Assembly (NCBI RefSeq): GCF_001194135.2
Contig: NC_069000.1
Coordinates: forward strand, 2,726,009-2,790,008
Origin: Octopus bimaculoides
Lineage: Eukaryota
Reading direction: 5' to 3'
DNA: 64,000 nucleotides
Below the pieces are notes generated by a model. The model was not told the origin of the DNA. It was given only the letters and a program-made list of their open reading frames with translations, and ran no database searches. Shown one piece after another: positions 53,515-64,000 of the stretch. The stretch's first letter is position 1. Each line of letters opens with the position of its first letter. The position numbers and the translations under genes were made by a program.

Positions 53515-55348
53515 AGAATTTACAAAAACAAAAAAAGAGACGAAGACGGGTGTGTAAACAACAAATAGACGTATTAGTTTAACGCTCGGGAAGTGAGAAA
53601 GTCATTTATGTTTCGAGCCCACGCTCTTCCACAAAAAGGAACACAGGAACAAACAGGGAGAGAAAATAGAAAAAGGTTCAGTGACTAGTGATCTATCATG
53701 CTGAAGATGTACATATATATATATAAAGCCAAAGTGTCTAATTAGCATTGCTATAAATACGAGCCAGACCAATCTTGGCCACGGGCAGAGCACTTCTCTA
53801 TTGATTGACAAGGGAAACAACCACGCTATATATATATATATTTCTGTAATTAAAAAATATATATATATATTTCTGTAATTAAAATATATGGATGTGGATC
53901 ACCACGTTAACTGAGCTCTGCACGTTCCATATCAGAATGGGATTCCATGCTTCTGTAGTGTTTCGTTTATAGCGTCTCAGCCAGTTGTTGCATTGTAATG
54001 GTTATTAATAATGTGATGCTTACGTTTCTGGCATTCGATTGATATTTTGCGAGTTGCTGTGGATGCATTTAGGTTTCATTGAATATGATGAATTCTCTGT
54101 TTAAACTGATTGAAATGTGTTTATCCCATACATTAAAAGTAAGATATAAACTTGGATTGAACGTTTCAGAAATTTCACGAATCGAAAATAATTATTTTCT
54201 AAACAATTTATGAAACTGATTCATGCATGCATCTCCTGCTTCTGTTTTCTTTTCGCTCTCTTTCTGCAGTACACTTTTTCTCCTGTAATTATTGGTCTAA
54301 AATGGAAGGAAGAATACTGTTTTGTTTCTCGGAATGTCTGTTTCCTGAAGACAGATCGGAAATAAACAAATTTCTAAGAATAAGTTTTCCTTTATTGCAT
54401 TTTCTTTGTATTATTCTTCTGATTTGTTTAGATTTATTAATTATTATTATTATTATTATTATAGTTCAGCATGATATTTATCCAAACTCTATCGAGATAC
54501 CATGAACGTGTGTGCAAACAATACGTTCATATTCTCACAAGGATAGACAAAGACACGCCCGTATACACACTCATCAAAATACAAACTAAAACTCAAATAC
54601 ACACATAAGCAAACACACATTCATATATATACACACATCATATGTCGATATATTTGCTTATCTCAGAATTTTTCCCAAAATTCCATGATATCAGATACAT
54701 TATCACCAAATTATTTTTAAAAATATTCATTTGGGAATCAATGTTCGAATGTGTATAGATAGAACATGTGCAAGAGTTTGATGATATCATTCTGGTACTG
54801 AAAGTAATGCTATACAGACCGAATATTGGCAGAGAAATATTTGCAATAGAAAGTATGTTAATGAAAAGGAAATCAATTCGTATTCTTTAGATGTTTTGTG
54901 TAATTGTAATTCATTCGTAGACGGTTTCATTCAGCTTTTATAAGCTCCGTAATTGATAATTAATTTTTCATGTAATTGCTATTATTGCTGTTTATGCTTC
55001 TGTTACTGGGTGCGCAGAGCTAAAGGATGGTCATGGATAGATTGTATTTGATGACTGGATCTGTACGATTTGCTCCGAATTATTACTAAACAAAATTCCG
55101 TTGTTGTTTTTGATTCTCGAGCGTATTGCCGTTGTTGTTTCTATTCAATTATTCAGAGACTTGGACCATAAGCGCATGCAGAGCCGTGTCGATCAGAAAC
55201 TCGCTTTGTAATCAGTGTGTTTGGGTCTCTTTTTAAGCGCGTTTAAAGCCAAATCATTCACTCCTTGTTTCTTTCTTCTGCGAGTTAAGTTTCATCCACG
55301 TGGTGGTGTGAATAAAAATAAACATTCATACATACATACATGTATGCA

Positions 55349-55411
<63 letters not shown>

Positions 55412-55899
55412 ACTAATAGATTTATAAACACTTGTACAAATTTATTTCACTTTCGATATTTTCTGCTTTTGAAATAAATAAACACCCTCAAGATATCATA
55501 TATCGCTAAATGTATTACATATAGCATGTTTCTTTGTATTATATTTCTAGTAATTGCATAAATGCGCACTCTTAAAATATACACATACACACACAGCCTA
55601 CATATGTATATGCACTCAAATATACATACATGCATATAATTAAACATTCATTATATATCTATATATGAATTATATATATATATATATAAATTCATATAGA
55701 CGTACATGTATGTATGCATGTACGTACGTAGAAGAAGTATATACCTCCATTAGTTTTGCGTGACTTCCATTGTTACTAGCTTCGCAAATTTGACGTTTGA
55801 AGGCGAAATTTAATGTGTTGTCGGAAGTACATTATCTTGTATGTGCTCGTGGTATCAGTGCATAAATAACATGATTGCAATGGATTACACCAACGCCTA

Positions 55900-56935
55900 T
55901 ATAACGCAATTTTTCGATGTCACCATTGACATTATAATCATCACCATCATCGTCATCACCATACTGCGTCAAGACATCATCATCATCGTCGTTGCTTTTA
56001 TCGTTGCCGTCTTTATTATTGTAATTATCATGATCTTGAAGATTATACTGTTGATGGTGATGATGATGACGATAATGAGGATAATGATTATGATGCTCTT
56101 GGTGATGAGAATGATTATCGACTTAATCTCTCAACTTGAGCATCGTCGAAAATGGTGAATGAAACTATTCGACTGTACCTGGAAATCCCTCCCGTCCTAC
56201 TATGCAACCCTTCCTCTAAATGACCATCATCAAGATCGTAAATACCATTGATATAAGAATCATTATCACGGTTATCCTCCTCCTCCTCCTCCTCCTCCTC
56301 CTCATCATCATCATCATCATCGTCATCATCATTCTAACAATCACTATGAGGATGATTATGATGATGATGATGATGACCGTCATTATAATTAATGGCGTTG
56401 TAGGCGTTATGGTCATTATCACCATCATCGTGAAAGTCACGAACATTATCACCGTCAAGATTACCATTACGGAAGTCATTATCATCATCGTCATCATCAT
56501 TATCAGCAACTTCATCGTCATCATTATCATCGTTAACAACACCATCCGTACCACTGTCATCATTGTCTTCATCGATATCTTCATCGTTGTCGTTATCCCT
56601 TTCGTCATCTTTCTCCTTCATGACGCCGTGATAATGATGATGATGATCATAATTACCATCGTCATTTTCATCGTCATCTTCATTCATACCATCATGCCAG
56701 CAGCATCACCACCACCCTCGTCATCATCACCACCACCCTCATCAACAGCTTCGTCATCACCAGCAACACCATCGTTATTGCATCTGCATTATCATTGTGA
56801 TACTGCCGGTATTATCATTACCACAACCGGTACCATTGCCGACGTCATCATCATTATCACCACCACCACCACCAAGATGAACAACTCCAGCACCACATCC
56901 CCACATAAACAACCACAACAACAAGATCAAGTTGA
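55900..56935. repeat. About 1 kb of cryptic trinucleotide low-complexity sequence, (CAT/GAT/CAC/CCT)n
   Basis: Degenerate ATC/GAT/CCT/ACC triplet runs, with blocks switching strand polarity. They produce the Ile/Met/Asp-rich ORFs in the track. Confidence 0.9.
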
Positions 56936-57629
56936 ATAAAAGACACTGGAAATCAACAGCAAAATTTAAAAATTGAATTGAAAAATGTTTAATTAATTAT
57001 TTCTTTTAATAAAATATTATTCCTTTCATTTTCAATATTTATTTTGTATTTCATTTATTCATATTTTTTTTAATTTATTGTATTTAAAATTTCTAATGTT
57101 GAATTTTTAAATTTTGTATTTTAATTAATAGCGTCATAAAATATTGAAAATTGCAGTGAATAATACTATTAGAAGGCTTTCTTTAAACCGCCACCCCCTC
57201 CTGCTATGCAACCTCATATCAAATATTTTTTGAAAGAGTCGATCATATAATCCGAATTCTCCACATTATTGCATTTCAAGCAAACTATTCTAGTTTTTGT
57301 AAACGTCGTGAACTAAATCCTTTTATTCGTTTATTTTTTTTCCTTATTTTTTTACTTGAATTCATTGGATTATAGTTGCTTTCACGGAGCAAAAGAAAGA
57401 GGGAGACAGAGAGGAGAGAAATAGTCTCTTAATTAAATCATATTCATATATATTGTCTTTGTTATGGAAATCGACAAAATGCATAATTGTTTCTCTGCTA
57501 TTCTAAGGGTTCAATTATAGGATAAACCTGAACGAAAAGAAACTATAAAAAGGGCAAGGCATGCGCAAAGTAAAGGATGGATAACTGAGAGATAACGAAT
57601 TCTAGGATGAGATCATGAAATAACGGAAT

Positions 57630-57762
57630 ATTGGTTTCAAATGTTGGCACAAGGCCAGCAATTTCGGGAGAAGGTGTAAGACGATTGATTACATCGAAGC
57701 AAATGCTAAACTGGTACTTCATTTATCGAAACTGAAAGGATGAAGATCAAAGTCGACCTCAG
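57630..57762 (-). mobile_element. SINE family 1 (3' part)
   Basis: TTTCAAATGTTGGCACAAGGCCAGCAATTT..GATTACATCGA..CTGGTACTTCATTTATCG..GAAAGGATGAA..AAAGTCGACCTC. Confidence 0.8.
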
Positions 57763-57779
57763 TTATTAACGTGAAAGTA

Positions 57780-58007
57780 ACTGAGCTCTCCTCAGACTCG
57801 TAGTTCTCATAGGAGATTCAGCGCGACACGGAATGTGACAAGGTTCGCCCTTTAAATTAGGGGAACAGCTCAATTTTGCCAGCTGACTATACTTAAGAAA
57901 TGTGAAATAAAGCGTCTTGCTGAAGGACACAACACGCCGCTTGTATCGAACTCACAACCTTACGATCGCGGGCCGAATAACTTAATAACTAAACCACGCG
58001 TCTTTAC
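57780..58007 (-). mobile_element. SINE family 3
   Basis: Minus strand reads GACGCGTGGTTTAG..TATTCGGCCCGCGATCGTAAGGTTGTGAGTTCGATA..CGTGTTGTGTCCTTCAGCAAGACGCTTTATTTCAC, a tRNA-like A/B box head plus the central domain. Confidence 0.75.
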
Positions 58008-58689
58008 GCATTGAAAAATATCTAACTGTTGTCTACTGCTAAGCTGGAAACAAAGGACATGAATGAAGCGTAAATAACCAACGTCGGAAGTCCAATACAA
58101 AGCTGTAAGTACACGCCATATATGTGTACACATCAACGTTTTAATACATTACGACCTATCTGTGATTAATCAGAAGAACTAACTAATTAATAATCTGCAA
58201 ACTAGTGACCCCTAGCTATCTCTTGCATCATTGCATCATCACCATGATCTAGACTATGATTAATTGTCTGTTTACAATTGCCATTAAACTTCCATCAATT
58301 ATATTTACGCTGCAGACAACGTATGCAATCTTCCAGCTGCATTGCTTGTACAATGACTCTGTGCTTCAGGATACTGCACAGATATAGAGATCTGTATAAC
58401 GAGAAGCAGGTGACGGTTGTTAAGAAATATCCGCAGCAATAACAACGTTCCTAGGTCGATCCATGTCTCGACACTTGTGGACAGATATCTTTGCAAGTGT
58501 GTGGACGTGGTTGACGTAGACTGTGGGGACTCCAGTTGTTTGTGAGTTTCTGTGTATGTGTGCGTGCGCGAGTGAATGTCTATATGTATATCAAATATGA
58601 GAAGAAGAAGAAGAAGGAGAAGAAGAAAAGAGCATTTAAAAATCCAAGCAGATATCATTAAGCACAACGTGTGTCTGTGTGCGTGCTTG

Positions 58690-58890
58690 CCCTCTGCCAA
58701 CGCTTAACAATCGGTGTTGGTCTATTTACATCCAGGTGTCCTATCACTTCAGCAAAATGAGGCTGATAGAATGAGTACGAGGCTTAAGAAAAATGTCCTG
58801 GGGTTGACTTGTTTGACTAAACGCATCATGGTCGTGCCCCAGCATGGCTGCAGTCAAAGACTGAAACAAGTAAGACACAAAGAAGAATAA
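58690..58890 (+). mobile_element. SINE family 2, 3' half
   Basis: CGCTTAACAATCGGTGTTGG..GATAGAATGAGTAC.AGGCTT..CCAGCATGGCTGCAGTCAAAGACTGAAACAAG. Confidence 0.75.
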
Positions 58891-59289
58891 AATATGTTAT
58901 TGCGTAATATAGTATGTTAAATTTACATATGATGTCATTTGACTAGATGCGTTGACAATGTCAGAGGTCTTTTGTTTACCCCGTCTGTGTCTGTATAGCA
59001 AACCGATTTCACTATATCACAGGTCACTGCGTTATTGATTTCTGTTCTTTCTATAATGAAATACATAAATAAACAAACAAAAAGAGTTTGATAATAGAAA
59101 CGCGATGAAATAGCATTAATTCATTGTTACTCTCCTGTTATAAATCATCCTTGAACTCTACTCATTTCTCCATGCTATATTTTAAATATTCTTATCATAA
59201 TTTAACCATCAATCTCGTGATGATCTTTGGTGATAAATGTATATTTTCAATTATAATGTCTTGGCGTATTCTATGTATTGCTGTAGAGA

Positions 59290-59830
59290 TAGGAGTGTGC
59301 TAAACATTTACTTCCCAACTACATGGTTCCAGGTTCAGTACTATAGCGTGACATTTCGGCCAAGTATTTTTCTACTATAATCTCGAGCAGTAAAGGGGAC
59401 TTGGTAGTGAGACGGAAAGTGAAAAATGCACACGCCCTATGTGTGTGCGTATGGATATGTGTGAATATATGTGTGTGTGTGCGTGAAGGTGTGAATATGT
59501 GTGTGTGTGATTGTGTATATATATGTGTGAATGTATGTATATACGTGTGTGAATGTGTGTATGTATATATATATACGTGTGTGTGTGTATATGTATGTGT
59601 GTGTATATGTATGTGTGTGTGTGAATATAGATGTGTGCGTGTGTATGTGTGTAGGTGCGTGTGTTCGTGTGTTTCTCTTGGCAATTGGTGTTGGTTTTTT
59701 TAACATATTGTTCGGCAAAAAAAGACTGATAGAATAAATACTGGGGTCAGTTCACTCAAGTAAAACCTATCAAATCGTTTGCCCCAGCATGGCCGCAGTC
59801 CAGTGACTGAAAACGACAAAAGATAAGAGA
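59290..59830 (+). mobile_element. SINE family 2, full length, with an internal expanded (TG/TA)n tract
   Basis: Head CTTCCCAACTACATGGTTCCAGGTTCAG..TCTACTATA..GACGGAAA, about 250 bp of internal microsatellite, then the 3' part GTTCGGCAAAA..GATAGAATAA..CCAGCATGGCCGCAGTCCAGTGACTGAAA. Confidence 0.75.
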
Positions 59831-59849
59831 TGCATGTGTGTGTAAGTCT

Positions 59850-60060
59850 TTGAACCTTACCACAGCTTGACGAACGATGATCGTTTGATCAATTCCTCGC
59901 AAAATAACAGCTCCGCAAAACAGACCAATTTGATAAGTCTTTTACGTTAATAAAAAAAAGAAAAGAAGTACTGGGCTTTATCTGTGCAAATTAAACCCGT
60001 CTGGCGGTGCTCCAGCATGGCCGCAGCCCAGTGGCTGATATACGTAAAAATTAAAAGAAA
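59850..60060 (+). mobile_element. SINE family 2, 3' half, decayed
   Basis: Ends GGCGGTGCTCCAGCATGGCCGCAGCCCAGTGGCTGA. Confidence 0.65.
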
Positions 60061-60757
60061 ATTCTTTGAGGTATCGTAACACTGAAATTCGCATTTGATT
60101 TTCAACTTTATTCCTTTCATACTTTTTAGTCATAGTCTGTAAACGTATTTAGACATTATTTCCTTAATCCTTCCAACACGATTACTACTCTCCATTAGTA
60201 GTGTGATTTCGGATTAAGTGTATATTTGTATTCATATAGATTTGTACTCAATCTTCTGCCTAGCTGACGGTTATGGTTTCAACAACGTAAATCTGTCAGT
60301 TAAGGTTTGCGTATCCTTCAGAAATCTCTAGTACTTCTTGACGTTTCCATATAACATGACATCAATGCAGCAGAAATCCGGCCAAAACAATCGTATCAAA
60401 TAACACTTGAATGAAGAAGCAAAAGTAGTCACTCTATGTTTAATATCATCTTGCCTCTTAGTTTTTGAGTAACTCCGAGTGATATTAAAGAACGCCGACC
60501 AGAAAGAAGAAGATTGTCAGATTTACGCCAGAATAAATAGTCAGTGTGAAGAAGCACTTGACAGTTGTATTGCATGATGTCAAGGAATTCGCTGGTAAGG
60601 AGAGAGTTAAGTGTCTCTGGAATATGTCTCTTTGATCTCGTTAAGAAATTTACAGGGACAACAACAAACGTTCGCATGTTATTTCGTATATACATCTAGG
60701 CATCCATACATAGATACATACAAGTGTGCATGTGCACACAGGAGTGATACTTATGTA

Positions 60758-60799
<42 letters not shown>

Positions 60800-60984
60800 G
60801 CGTCTGTGTGTGTTGGTAGTCCATATATGTGCGCGCTTATGTATATGTATATATATATATATATAAATATATATTTATGTATATGTATACGCACATGTAT
60901 GTATACCTCTGTGTGTATATGTATACACATATAGTGAGTGTGTGTATGTGTATGCGCGTGTGTTTGTGTTTGTGAATCTATATC

Positions 60985-61104
60985 CATCACCAGTATTTGA
61001 CAACCGGTCAGGGCTTGTTTACGTCACTGCAAAACAAGCTGTTCGGTACAAATAATAAAAAAAGGACTCTTCATAGCCTAAGTATTAAACTTGTAAAATA
61101 AGTC

Positions 61105-61146
<42 letters not shown>

Positions 61147-61352
61147 TTATTCCCCTGTCATCTCTTGACAACTGATGTTGGTGTCTTTACGTCCCCATAA
61201 CATAGCGGTTCGGCTTAAGAGAACAGATAGAATAAGCACTAGGCTTACAAGGAATAAGTCTTGGGGTCGATTTGTTCGAGTAAAGGCAGTACTCCAGCAT
61301 GGCCGCAGTCAAATGACTGAGTCACATGAAAAAGAATGAAAAAAAAAGAATA
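60985..61352 (+). mobile_element. SINE family 2, two tandem 3' halves separated by (GT)n
   Basis: TTGACAACCGG..GTTTACGTC..GTTCGG appears twice. The second copy ends AAAGGCAGTACTCCAGCATGGCCGCAGTCAAATGACTGA with a GAAAAAA-type tail. Confidence 0.75.
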
Positions 61353-61950
61353 GCACGATATTAGACTTGTTTGACTGCGCTTTCTAGCTTCTGTTGAGAC
61401 GTCATGAAGGCAGCCTTTTTACTCATATCTACAAGTGGCTTTTATATAACCAGTCCTTACGTGCTTAATGTGAAATAATATTCGTACAAAAGGTCAAACA
61501 CGTATTTTCTTCTTCATTAATCAGTCTGAAAATCTAAGAACGCCTTGGGCCAAGACTTAATATTTTACCTACCGCAGAGTCACAATAATTCGTTTATAGA
61601 GTTGAAATGTTACTTAAACTCAAGCTGACAAAATATATAGGGGAAATGAATGAAACTCTACTGTTCAGTGTGCAAATGAACTTAATATCGCACTAACAAC
61701 AGAAACCATCTTGTGCAGAAAATTTGCGGCAAATCCGTCTCTTTCTCTGTAGGTGTCGAGAACATATTTCACACATGAACTGCCATTAAGAGAATTTTAT
61801 TTGGAGTATTTCTGCAAAATCTACTACTTCTGTGAATAAAAGTTTTTCTTCCCACACTCCCTCTCTTCCCTTCCCATCTCTAAATAAACGTTGCTGTTCT
61901 TTTTTTTTAAAACTATAATTCTGTTTCTCTCTCTCAACGTCATAAGAGAC

Positions 61951-61987
<37 letters not shown>

Positions 61988-62035
61988 AAAAAGATAAAGA
62001 GAGCAAAGGTTAGGTTGAAGAATTTTATGGATAGA

Positions 62036-62084
62036 GTCTTACAGCTGTTTCTGGGAAGATCCAGTACTTCCCTTCATCGGAGAC
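62036..62084 (-). ncRNA. Minimal type I hammerhead ribozyme motif (Penelope-like element type)
   Basis: Minus strand reads GTCT-CCGATGA-A-GGGAAG/CTTCCC-A-GAAAC-AGCT-GTA-AGAC. It has a 4-bp stem I, a 6-bp stem II, a palindromic stem III (ACAGCTGT) and a GUA site. The core has C at position 4. Confidence 0.6.
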
Positions 62085-62158
62085 AGAAAAAATAAAGTAA
62101 TCTATTATTATATCCATAGGCGGATATTTTTAGTATGAAGTGGTAAAGAGTGTGATGT

Positions 62159-63035
62159 NNNNNNNNNNNNNNNNNNNNNNNNNNNNNNNNNNNNNNNNNN
62201 NNNNNNNNNNNNNNNNNNNNNNNNNNNNNNNNNNNNNNNNNNNNNNNNNNNNNNNNNNNNNNNNNNNNNNNNNNNNNNNNNNNNNNNNNNNNNNNNNNNN
62301 NNNNNNNNNNNNNNNNNNNNNNNNNNNNNNNNNNNNNNNNNNNNNNNNNNNNNNNNNNNNNNNNNNNNNNNNNNNNNNNNNNNNNNNNNNNNNNNNNNNN
62401 NNNNNNNNNNNNNNNNNNNNNNNNNNNNNNNNNNNNNNNNNNNNNNNNNNNNNNNNNNNNNNNNNNNNNNNNNNNNNNNNNNNNNNNNNNNNNNNNNNNN
62501 NNNNNNNNNNNNNNNNNNNNNNNNNNNNNNNNNNNNNNNNNNNNNNNNNNNNNNNNNNNNNNNNNNNNNNNNNNNNNNNNNNNNNNNNNNNNNNNNNNNN
62601 NNNNNNNNNNNNNNNNNNNNNNNNNNNNNNNNNNNNNNNNNNNNNNNNNNNNNNNNNNNNNNNNNNNNNNNNNNNNNNNNNNNNNNNNNNNNNNNNNNNN
62701 NNNNNNNNNNNNNNNNNNNNNNNNNNNNNNNNNNNNNNNNNNNNNNNNNNNNNNNNNNNNNNNNNNNNNNNNNNNNNNNNNNNNNNNNNNNNNNNNNNNN
62801 NNNNNNNNNNNNNNNNNNNNNNNNNNNNNNNNNNNNNNNNNNNNNNNNNNNNNNNNNNNNNNNNNNNNNNNNNNNNNNNNNNNNNNNNNNNNNNNNNNNN
62901 NNNNNNNNNNNNNNNNNNNNNNNNNNNNNNNNNNNNNNNNNNNNNNNNNNNNNNNNNNNNNNNNNNNNNNNNNNNNNNNNNNNNNNNNNNNNNNNNNNNN
63001 NNNNNNNNNNNNNNNNNNNNNNNNNNNNNNNNNNN
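62159..63035. other. Assembly gap (largest of about 15 N-runs; others include 35323-35921 and 39031-39536)
   Basis: Runs of n, almost always flanked by microsatellites. Confidence 1.
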
Positions 63036-63269
63036 TATATATATATATATGTATGTATATATAGTTATGGAGTCGTGGAGAAAAGGAGGAGAATGAGGGA
63101 AGAATAGAGAAATATCGGGTGTGATCTCCACTTTTGTAAGAGGGACAATGTAAACGTCTTCCTTCTCAACCTTTACTCTGTGCCATCCTATATGACGATC
63201 ATAAATGCTTCATCTAAAATGGCTACACAGATTTCAGTTTCTATATATAAAGGCTGAATCATCGTATTG

Positions 63270-63900
63270 ATTGTAAATCTTCCAACTTTCATCTTTATTT
63301 TACTCAAACTTGATTTCAACCTTTCTCTAGTTTTATTACACATTCTCTTTCATTTGATGTGAGAAACAGTTTGATGTTATCCCTGCCTCTGACTCTTTTA
63401 CAATCATTACAGAAGGGACGTCTAGTTTACGGATCATATATCTACAGTCATATGAGAAATAGTGACCGATGTTTTTGCACGCGATATGCGAGCCTGACAT
63501 GTTCTAACATGTCTCGTGAATGGGCAGCTTTACTATAGACATTCTTTACAATTTGCAATGAAACAAATGAAATTAAATCATTTATAATAAGCACAAGGAC
63601 TGGCACCTCCAGCTGCGGCTTTTCTAAACTTCCGAATGAAGTAAGCTGCCAGACAATTATTTGAAATGTTCGTTCGTTCACACACTGCAACAAAAACTAT
63701 TTAGAAAGCCAGTTCATCGATTCGTTGAATCATGAGTATATGTATGCTGAATTCGTTGCAGCTAACCAAATCTCAAAATGCACAAGCAACTGTTAAAGAT
63801 AATATTTTGTATAAAGAAGTAGAGGCTTCTGTCTTGCTCAAAATGTCTGAAATATATTACTGTTCTATATTTAAGAGATAAGGAATTGTTTACATTTGAC
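63270..63900 (-). mobile_element. Probable decayed Penelope-like element C-terminal region (linker and GIY-YIG)
   Basis: Weak minus-strand peptides in the expected order: FEQDRSL..IIFNS; KSRSWRCQSLCLL; NDLISFV..C..CKEC..RDMLEHVR; LPIHETC. It lies upstream of, and on the same strand as, the hammerhead at 62036-62084 across an 877-N gap. Confidence 0.4.
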
Positions 63901-64000
63901 GGATATTTATCCTCATCTTGTTTGTTGCTAGCACAAGGTTTCGGCATATAGCCTGGTGGTTAAGAGCATGTATAAGTATATATATAAGTATAAATGCATA

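Noticed and set aside
56216-56939. Long ORFs on both strands (239, 130 and 117 aa; Ile-, Met- or Asp-rich)
   Set aside because: They are open only because the triplet repeats lack stop codons. There is no domain signature or splice support.
58305-58560. Minus-strand ORF with the hydrophobic stretch LGTLLLLRIFLNNRHLLLVIQISI
   Set aside because: There is no in-frame ATG in unique sequence, and the nearby ATG in good context stops after 14 codons.

Overview
AT-rich animal genomic DNA with very many microsatellites and about 15 N-gaps. The SINE families and the (TA)n/(CA)n load suggest an octopus scaffold; this is an inference from recalled repeat families, not a database result. One protein-coding gene is supported, on the minus strand. 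Three in-frame spliced exons (11469-11540, 6123-6320, 3904-4025) encode a complete V-type Ig domain and the first half of a second Ig domain, in a lachesin/DIP/IgLON-like arrangement. Its signal-peptide exon was not securely located, and no further exon was found left of 3904. The rest is intronic or intergenic: at least three tRNA-derived SINE families, decayed CR1/L2-group and R4/Dong LINE fragments, a Tc1/mariner relic, a probable Penelope-like relic and simple repeats. The most unusual signal is a set of type I hammerhead ribozyme motifs: a well-formed one at 46087-46159, two related ones on the minus strand, and two decayed relics. Nearly all ORFs in the supplied track are microsatellite or gap artefacts. 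No rRNA, intact tRNA or CRISPR array was seen.
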